Below are positions 58,123 to 64,000 of a DNA stretch of 64,000 nt, in pieces (positions within the stretch are counted from its first letter, which is position 1; the number at the start of each line of letters is the position of its first letter). The notes under the pieces were generated by a model. It had not been told where the DNA came from, ran no database searches, and was given only the letters and a program-made list of their open reading frames with translations. The translations under genes were made by a program, and so were the position numbers. The stretch spans positions 11,345-75,344 of the forward strand of contig JAXEXP010000034.1 in the NCBI GenBank assembly GCA_034113365.1, read 5' to 3'. The stretch comes from Candidatus Spyradocola sp. Lineage in GTDB: Bacteria; Bacillota; Clostridia; Christensenellales; UBA1750.

Positions 58123-59664
58123 TCAGGAATTGCACAGCAGGAAGGCGTCGATGGAGTCGGTCAGCGCGGCCCAGGCGGCCTGCACGATGTTCGGGGAGAC
58201 GCCCACGGTGCCGAAGGTGTGCTCGCCGTCGGTGGAGCGGATGTAGACGCGCACGCGCGAGGCGGTGCCGCCGTCGTCCACCACGCGGACCTTGAAGTCC
58301 ACCAGGCGCAGGCGCTGCACCTGCGGGTAGAAGATGGTCAGCACGCGGCGCAGCGCGAAGTCCAGCGCGTTGACGGGGCCGTCGCCCTCGGCGGCGGTCA
58401 GCTCGATCTTGTTGCCCACGCGCACCTTGAGGGTGGCCAGCGTGCAGGTGACGTCGTCGGGGCGCTGGCAGAACACCTGAAAGTCCAGCACCTCGTAAAA
58501 GCTCCTGTGCTTGCCCAGCTGGCGGCGCACCATGAGCTTGAAGCTGTCCTCCGCGTCCTCGAACTGGTAGCCCTCGAACTCCATCTGCTTGAGCTTGCTG
58601 CAGATGTGGTCCACGATGGGGTCGTCGCGGTCGATGGAGGGGTCCACGGCGTGGATGAGGGGGAGGATGCTGTTGCGCCCGGCCAGGTCGGACACCACGA
58701 AGGCGCGCGCGTTGCCCACGGCGGCGGGGGAGATGTGCTCAAAGGTGCGGGAGTTCTTCATCACGCCGTCGATGTGCATGCCGCCCTTGTGGGTAAAGGC
58801 GCTGCGGCCGACGTAGGGCATGCGGCTGTCGAGCGTAAGATTGGCGACGGAGCTTACGAAGTGGGAAAGCGAGGTCAGCTCCGACAGGTGAGGGAAGCAG
58901 TCCACGCCCATCTTGAGCACGAGGTTGGGAATGACGCAGCAAAGGTCGGCATTGCCGCAGCGCTCGCCCAGTCCGTTGACCGTGCCCTGCACCAGCACCG
59001 CGCCCATGCGCACGGCGGTCAGCGAGCAGGCGACGGCCACGCCGCTGTCGTTGTGGCAGTGGATGCCCACGCAGCCGGGGAATTCCTTGACGACGGCCTT
59101 TACGGTGTTGCGGATGTCCTCGGGCAGTGTGCCGCCGTTGGTGTCGCACAGCACGAGGTAGGCAGCGCCCGCATCCCGTGCGGCGCGCAGCGTCTCCATC
59201 GCATAGCGCGGGTTGGCGGCATAGCCGTCGAAAAAATGCTCCGCGTCGAAGAACACCGTCTTGCCCGCGGAGGTCAGGAAGCGCACGGATTCGGAGATCA
59301 TGTTGAGATTCTCCTGCAGCGTGGTGCGCAGCACGTCGGTGACGTGGAAGTCCCAGCTCTTTCCGAAAATCGCGACATGCGAGCAGCCCACGTTGGCAAG
59401 CACGTTCAGCCCTGCGTCCTCGTGGGCGCGCACGCCCACGCGCCTTGTGGAGCCAAAGGCCACAAGCTGCGCGTTTTTGAGCCGCACATTGCGCATGCGC
59501 TCGAACAGCTCGGCGTCGCGCGGGTTGCTTGCGGGGTTGCCCGCCTCGATAAAGTGCATGCCCACCTCGTCCAGGCGGCGGATGAGCTGCTCCTTGTCCT
59601 GCAGCGAAAAGGTTACGGACTGGCCCTGCGCGCCGTCGCGCAGCGTGGTATCGTAGATGTACAT
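58123..59664 (-). CDS. cimA: (R)-citramalate synthase (LeuA/CimA family with a C-terminal LeuA_dimer regulatory domain)
   Basis: MYIYDTTLRDGAQGQSVTFS, IGIHCHNDSGVAVA, FTHKGGMHIDG. The 513-aa length and N-terminal pattern fit CimA better than LeuA. Confidence 0.82.
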   Translation of the reverse strand: MYIYDTTLRDGAQGQSVTFSLQDKEQLIRRLDEVGMHFIEAGNPASNPRDAELFERMRNVRLKNAQLVAFGSTRRVGVRAHEDAGLNVLANVGCSHVAIFGKSWDFHVTDVLRTTLQENLNMISESVRFLTSAGKTVFFDAEHFFDGYAANPRYAMETLRAARDAGAAYLVLCDTNGGTLPEDIRNTVKAVVKEFPGCVGIHCHNDSGVAVACSLTAVRMGAVLVQGTVNGLGERCGNADLCCVIPNLVLKMGVDCFPHLSELTSLSHFVSSVANLTLDSRMPYVGRSAFTHKGGMHIDGVMKNSRTFEHISPAAVGNARAFVVSDLAGRNSILPLIHAVDPSIDRDDPIVDHICSKLKQMEFEGYQFEDAEDSFKLMVRRQLGKHRSFYEVLDFQVFCQRPDDVTCTLATLKVRVGNKIELTAAEGDGPVNALDFALRRVLTIFYPQVQRLRLVDFKVRVVDDGGTASRVRVYIRSTDGEHTFGTVGVSPNIVQAAWAALTDSIDAFLLCNS

Positions 59665-59679
59665 TCTATCTGTTTCTCC

Positions 59680-60221
59680 TCATCCAAGCAGCGTATTGAG
59701 CGCGGCGTGCACCAGCAGCGACGACGACCAGCATCCCGTCCTGCCGCGCACAGCGCCCGTGATCAGCCCATAGACCAGCCCCACGGCGGGCTTGGTCAGC
59801 GCCATGCACTGACCCGCCCCGAGCGCGCCCAGTATCTAGCCAATGTGCCAAAGCGAAAACAGCCCCGCGCTGATCCACACGGCCGCCCAGCCGCGCAGGC
59901 CGATGCGTTCCAGCCGATCGAACCACCAGCCATGGGGAAGATCAGCTTCTCAAATAGCGGCGGCCCCTTTATGCCCTGCGTGTAGTTGTCCGGCGAGGCG
60001 AGGAGCAGCACGGCGAGTACATAGCCCCGTGAAACGCGCCAGGCAGGAAGTGCAGCCCGATGCCTTTTTTGCGGCACAGCAGAAAGCATGCGGCGGTCAG
60101 CAGCGCCATGCCGGCCATGGAGATCCTCTTCTCCCCAAAGGCGTCGGGGGAGAGCAGCGCGCCGGGGGCGGGCTTCCACAGCAGGAGCAGCGTCTGCGCC
60201 AGAGTGGGTTTTCTCTGTCAT
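59680..60221 (-). pseudogene. Decayed CPBP-family (CAAX/Abi-like) intramembrane protease gene
   Basis: My own three-frame reading finds TLAQTLLLLWKPAPGALLS...MAGMALLTAACFLL in frame 2 and PLFEKLIF in frame 1. Frame 3 reads HGWWFDRLERIGLRGWAAVWISAGLFSLWHIG*ILGAL...LLVHAALNTLLG and contains an in-frame TAG. CPBP motifs 2 (FxxxH) and 3 (HxxxN) are intact, motif 1 is damaged (EK for EE), and there are at least 2 frameshifts. Confidence 0.6.
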
Positions 60222-60226
60222 AAAGC

Positions 60227-60760
60227 TCAGTATTCCGGCAGCGCCATGGTGCCGCGGATCTCGGTAAACGGCCAGGCGACGAACAGCACACGGCCGTAGA
60301 TATAGTCCTTGGGAATGGGGCCCAGCTGGCGGCAGTCAAGCGAGACGGGGCGGTTGTCGCCCATGACGAAGATCTCGTCCTGCCCGATCTGATAGGGGCC
60401 GTAGTTGTAGTCGTCGTGGCGGGTGAGGTAGTTTTCCTCAAGCGGCTCGCCGTTGATGTAGACGGTGCCGTCGATCACCTCCAGCGTCTCGCCGGGCAGG
60501 CCGATGATGCGCTTGACGTAGAGCTTGCTGGTCTCGTCGTAGTGGCAGGTGATGATCTCGCCGCGCTGGGGCTCATTGAGCCGATAGTGCAGGCGGGAGA
60601 CGCCGGTGATGTTGTTGGTGTGGAAGGTGTCCAGCATGCTGTCGCCGTCCACGCGGGCGAAGGTGAACAGGTAGTTGTGGATGAGCAGCGCCACGACCAC
60701 CGGGATGATGATGGTCAGCGCCCACTCGACGATCTCCTTGAGAACCTTGTTTTTAATCAT
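60227..60760 (-). CDS. lepB: Signal peptidase I
   Basis: N-terminal TM helix, catalytic Ser in VDGDSMLDTF, catalytic Lys in YVKRIIGLPGE, and GDNRPVSLDCR. Confidence 0.9.
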   Translation of the reverse strand: MIKNKVLKEIVEWALTIIIPVVVALLIHNYLFTFARVDGDSMLDTFHTNNITGVSRLHYRLNEPQRGEIITCHYDETSKLYVKRIIGLPGETLEVIDGTVYINGEPLEENYLTRHDDYNYGPYQIGQDEIFVMGDNRPVSLDCRQLGPIPKDYIYGRVLFVAWPFTEIRGTMALPEY

Positions 60761-60781
60761 ACATAAATCCTTTCTGCGTCG

Positions 60782-61330
60782 TCAATCGGTCAGGAAGTGC
60801 GCCTGACCCAGCGGGAAGAACACCGCCACCACGCGGCCGACGATCATGTCGCAGGACAGCGCGCCCTCGCTGCGGGAGTCGTGGGAGTTGGCGCGGTTGT
60901 CGCCCAGCACGAACACGCAGCCCTCCTCCACGGTATAGGGGCCGAAGTCGTCGCGGCAGGGGTAGGAGACGTAGTCCTCCTCCATCGCCTGGCCGTTGAC
61001 GTAGGTGACGCCGCCGGTGATCTCGATGGTGTCGCCCGCCAGTGCTGCGATGCGCTTGACAAAGTAATCGCGCGAACCGGGGTAGCGGCAGATGACCACC
61101 ATGCCCCGCTGCGGCTCGTGCAGGTGGAAGTAGGTCTTGTCCACCGCGACGACCTGGCCGGACTGCAGCGTGTCCATCATCGAGGGGCCCTGCACTGTGG
61201 TCAGCGAAAACACGTAAGCGCGCACCAGCAGTGCCGCCAGCAGCACCACGGCAAGCTCCGCCAGCCAGCGCGCGATCTCCCTGCGCTGCAAACGAATCCG
61301 CTCGGCCCGGCGTTCCATGCGGGTGGGCAT
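60782..61330 (-). CDS. lepB: Signal peptidase I (second tandem paralogue)
   Basis: VQGPSMMDTL, FVKRIAALAGD, GDNRANSHDSR. Confidence 0.9.
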   Translation of the reverse strand: MPTRMERRAERIRLQRREIARWLAELAVVLLAALLVRAYVFSLTTVQGPSMMDTLQSGQVVAVDKTYFHLHEPQRGMVVICRYPGSRDYFVKRIAALAGDTIEITGGVTYVNGQAMEEDYVSYPCRDDFGPYTVEEGCVFVLGDNRANSHDSRSEGALSCDMIVGRVVAVFFPLGQAHFLTD

Positions 61331-61530
61331 TATTCTTCCTCCGGCACGTCTTTGCCCAGATGTTTTTTCATTCTCTTTTCAAACTCGGGGCGCTCCAACA
61401 TCACGATGCGGCCGCAGCCCTTGCACTTGATCTTGATATCCGCGCCCACGCGGATGACGACCCAGCGGTCGCTGCCGCAGGGATGCTTCTTTCGGGTCTG
61501 GATCAGATCCCCCAGCGCGAGCTCTATCAT
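61330..61530 (-). CDS. DUF951 family small protein
   Basis: The last 66 codons of track ORF 61330..61704: MIELALGDLIQTRKKHPCGSDRWVVIRVGADIKIKCKGCGRIVMLERPEF. The RBS is AGAGGAGG. The stop overlaps the lepB start. Confidence 0.8.
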   Translation of the reverse strand: MIELALGDLIQTRKKHPCGSDRWVVIRVGADIKIKCKGCGRIVMLERPEFEKRMKKHLGKDVPEEE

Positions 61531-61661
61531 CCCGACGCCTCCTCTTTGCAGGGTTATTTCCCCTCCATTATACCATGCTTTTACACGCCATGCACCACCA
61601 AATGCACAGAAAGCTCCGCCCCCGCGGCAAAAAACCGCGAAAGCGGAGCCCATCCCGGCCC

Positions 61662-62066
61662 TTACAGCCGGCCCGGCACCGATGCGTGCAACCCGCAGAC
61701 CCAAAAGCGCCCGTCCCTGCGCCGCAGCTGGGCGGACAGCCGCAGGGGCCTGCCCTCTGCCTCGCCCTGGTACAGCATGCGGATCTCGCCGCTGACGAGC
61801 ACATGGTCCCGCCCGTAGCTGTCGCAGTTCATGCTGTCAAAGCTCAGGCGGCAGGGCTTTTTGTCGCCCGAAAAATCGCTGCGCACCACCTGCTCGAACG
61901 CCTGCGCGCCGAAGGCGGTCTTTCCCGCGCTCACGCCGATGAAGTGTATCTTTTTATCGGCGAGGCGCAGCACCGCGCCCACGTCGCGCCGCACCAGATA
62001 GGCGTCCATCATCTCGATCAGTACGCCCAGCGCCTCGGCCTCGTTTTCGTCGTGTATCACGTGCAT
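61662..62066 (-). CDS. Hypothetical protein (134 aa), possibly NTF2/SnoaL-like fold
   Basis: Ordinary composition with a GAGGAAGG RBS. The fold guess comes only from length and from the pattern LVSGEIRMLY...RLSAQLRRRDGRFWVCGLHAS. Confidence 0.5.
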   Translation of the reverse strand: MHVIHDENEAEALGVLIEMMDAYLVRRDVGAVLRLADKKIHFIGVSAGKTAFGAQAFEQVVRSDFSGDKKPCRLSFDSMNCDSYGRDHVLVSGEIRMLYQGEAEGRPLRLSAQLRRRDGRFWVCGLHASVPGRL

Positions 62067-62156
62067 GCCTGCTCACCTTCCTCTTTCCGGAAACTTTTCC
62101 GCGCTATTTTAACGCACGTTCCAGAGAAAATCAATGGCGTCAGAGGCATTTTCAGT

Positions 62157-63116
62157 TTACTTTTTTGTTATTTGACTGTAATAAAATATTTCCAGCAATC
62201 GCTCCATCTCGCCGCGGCGGGGCAGAAGCATGCGCCAGGCGGCGGGGATGCTGCCCTCGCCCCAGGCTATACCCGCCAGGGAGCCGGCCACGGCGGCTGT
62301 GGTGTCGGTGTCGTCGCCCAGGTTCACCGCGGCGAGCGCGCAGTCGCGGAAGCTGCGGGCGTTGTTGAGGCAATACAGCGCGGCCTGCAGCGTGTGCACG
62401 ACGTAGCCCGAGGAGGCGATGGCGGCATCGGGCAGCGCGCAGAAGGCGTCCACGTCCGCCAGCAGCGCGTAGTGCTCCAGCTCGGGCTCAAGGTCGGTGC
62501 CAAGGCAGGCGCTGACGGCGTCGAGCACGCCCTCCTGCGTCGCGGAGCGCACGCTGCGGCCCGCCAGCAGCGCGCAGACCACGCCCACATAGATCATGCA
62601 GGCGATCTGCGAGCGGGGGTGGGCATGCGTGACGGCGGAGGCCTGCCGGACGAGCTGCGCGCTGTTGCTGCGGAACACGGGCGTGCCCTGATGCAGGTAG
62701 AGATAATAGGCGACGGGCAGCATGCGCATCAGCGAGCCGTTTCCGTTGTCACGCTCGCCCCGGCCGCCGCACAGCAGCGCGGGCATGCCGCCGCGGTAGC
62801 GCGAAATGGCCTGCTCCGTGGCGATGCCCACGTCGAACACCTCGCCGTAGGGCCAGTATTCGCCGCCGCGCCACCTGGAAAAGCAGAGCATCATGTCCTC
62901 GGGGTCAAAGCCGCCGGCCAGGCTGTCCAGCGCGGCCAGCGTCATGCCCGTGTCGTCCGACCAGGTGCCGGGGGGCTGGCTGTGCGTGCCCCATCCGCGC
63001 ATATCGGTGACGGGATCCTTTTTCAGCCGGCTTCTTTCGCAGAACTCCACCGGCACGCCCAGCGCGTCGCCCGTGGCAAGGCCGAGCAGTCCGCCCCGCA
63101 TCTTATCCAGCAGCAT
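62157..63116 (-). CDS. ADP-ribosylglycohydrolase family protein
   Basis: MRGGLLGLATGDALGVPVEF, TWSDDTGMTLA, GNGSLMRMLP, GYVVHTLQAALY, GDDTDTTAAVAGSLAG. The start (MLLDK) lies 7 nt after GGGAGGA. The long N-terminal extension in the track was discarded. Confidence 0.85.
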   Translation of the reverse strand: MLLDKMRGGLLGLATGDALGVPVEFCERSRLKKDPVTDMRGWGTHSQPPGTWSDDTGMTLAALDSLAGGFDPEDMMLCFSRWRGGEYWPYGEVFDVGIATEQAISRYRGGMPALLCGGRGERDNGNGSLMRMLPVAYYLYLHQGTPVFRSNSAQLVRQASAVTHAHPRSQIACMIYVGVVCALLAGRSVRSATQEGVLDAVSACLGTDLEPELEHYALLADVDAFCALPDAAIASSGYVVHTLQAALYCLNNARSFRDCALAAVNLGDDTDTTAAVAGSLAGIAWGEGSIPAAWRMLLPRRGEMERLLEIFYYSQITKK

Positions 63117-63290
63117 GTGCATATCCTCCCGCAGCATTTTTGCGTGAAAAAACCAACGGTACTCCTTACAAATTCGCGCTGCGCGCCGCAATTCCTTTTT
63201 TACTTGACAGCGCGCGGACGCACTTATATAGTAAGGAGTAGAAATAAAGGCGGGCGGGAGCATCGCCCGGACGGAAAGGAACGGCAGAAA

Positions 63291-64000
63291 ATGGATATAA
63301 AGCAGAGCATTATTTCCTGGGCACAGGCGCACGAGCGCGAGTACCTGGAGGACTTGAAGGAGCTGATCGCCATCGACTCGGCGCGCGGCGAGGCCAAGCC
63401 CGGCATGCCCTACGGCGAGGGCTGTGCGGCTGCGCTTGCCAAGGCGCAGGAGCTGCTCGCAAAGCGCGGCTTTGACACGGTGAACCATGACAACTACGTC
63501 ATCACTGCGGACCTGAACGAGGGCGAGACGGAGCTGGGCGTGCTGGCGCACCTGGACATCGTGCCCACGGGCGACGGCTGGAAGCTGCCTCCGCTTCAGA
63601 TGCGCGAGGACGAGGAGAAGATCTACGGCAGAGGCACCGCGGACGACAAGGGCCCCGCGCTTGCGGCGTTCTACGCGATGCGCGCGGTGCGCGAGCTGGG
63701 CATTCCGGTGAGCAAAAACTGCCGTCTGATCCTGGGCTCGGACGAGGAGTGCGGCTCCTCGGACATCCGCCACTATTTTGAAACCAACCCCGTGCCGCCC
63801 AAGACGCTGTCTCCCGACGCGGACTACCCGGTAATCAACATCGAAAAGGGCGGCCTGCACGCGGATGCTACGGCGGAGTGGGAACCCGAGGACGTGCTGC
63901 CGCGCATTGCGTGGATCGACGCGGGCATCAAATTCAACGTGGTGCCGGCGCGCTGCAGCGCCAAGGTGCTGGGCATCGGCCCGGCGGAGCTTTCGGGTTA
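63291..64000 (+). CDS. M20-family dipeptidase (PepV/Sapep-like), N-terminal 236 codons (runs off the right edge)
   Basis: My own translation: MDIKQSIISWAQAHEREYLEDLKELIAIDSARGEAKPGMPYGEG...GVLAHLDIVPTGDGW...IYGRGTADDKGPALAAFYA. The frame stays open to the window end, so it is absent from the ORF track. Confidence 0.85.
   Translation, partial: MDIKQSIISWAQAHEREYLEDLKELIAIDSARGEAKPGMPYGEGCAAALAKAQELLAKRGFDTVNHDNYVITADLNEGETELGVLAHLDIVPTGDGWKLPPLQMREDEEKIYGRGTADDKGPALAAFYAMRAVRELGIPVSKNCRLILGSDEECGSSDIRHYFETNPVPPKTLSPDADYPVINIEKGGLHADATAEWEPEDVLPRIAWIDAGIKFNVVPARCSAKVLGIGPAELSG

Noticed and set aside
62157-63860. 567-aa version of the ADP-ribosylglycohydrolase ORF. The same kind of 5' extension occurs in 41990..44083, 34205..34906, 14487..16001 and 49464..50519.
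   Set aside because: The N-terminal extensions are Arg/Ala/Gly-rich, overlap neighbouring genes or promoters, and are followed by internal starts with good Shine-Dalgarno sequences where the family-typical N-termini begin.

Overview
This is a 64-kb stretch of a high-G+C Gram-positive chromosome. I infer Clostridia/Oscillospirales-like from gene content only: remB-gyrB-gyrA, IreB, DUF1292, RuvX, Rrf2-NifS-NifU, ComEC and tandem type-I signal peptidases. I call about 62 protein genes, about 50 of them on the minus strand. I found no rRNA, tRNA, CRISPR, transposase or integrase. Housekeeping blocks (gyrBA, glyA, rlmD, Fe-S assembly, ruvX, cimA, lepB x2) are interleaved with a dense set of apparently cytoplasmic glycoside hydrolases (GH31, two GH2, GH30, GH29, GH43). 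These sit with three AraC regulators, ABC sugar-uptake genes, ThuA and two Gfo/Idh/MocA oxidoreductases. The items most worth a second look are:

1. An orphan, short (675 aa) glycyl-radical enzyme, translationally coupled to its activase, with atypical Trp residues at both radical-site motifs.
2. A three-hairpin intergenic repeat family that brackets that cassette. It has 4 copies, each lying 3' of a gene in the same sense. One copy carries a nested palindromic insertion. One divergent copy keeps all three stems through compensatory changes.
3. A membrane-tethered XRE regulator co-transcribed with a membrane-anchored C39-like cysteine peptidase on a lower-GC islet.
4. An XRE HTH domain fused in frame to a GH29 fucosidase that also has its own internal Shine-Dalgarno and ATG.
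5. Three unknown genes translationally coupled to rlmD.
6. An AT-rich cassette carrying PNP-like and cytidine/blasticidin-deaminase-like genes, flanked by two related hairpins.
7. A membrane-protein gene interrupted at a C7 homopolymer, and a decayed CPBP protease gene.

Many long ORFs in the supplied track are antisense or extension artefacts of the high G+C content and were not called. All family assignments come from reading motifs by eye. No database search was run.
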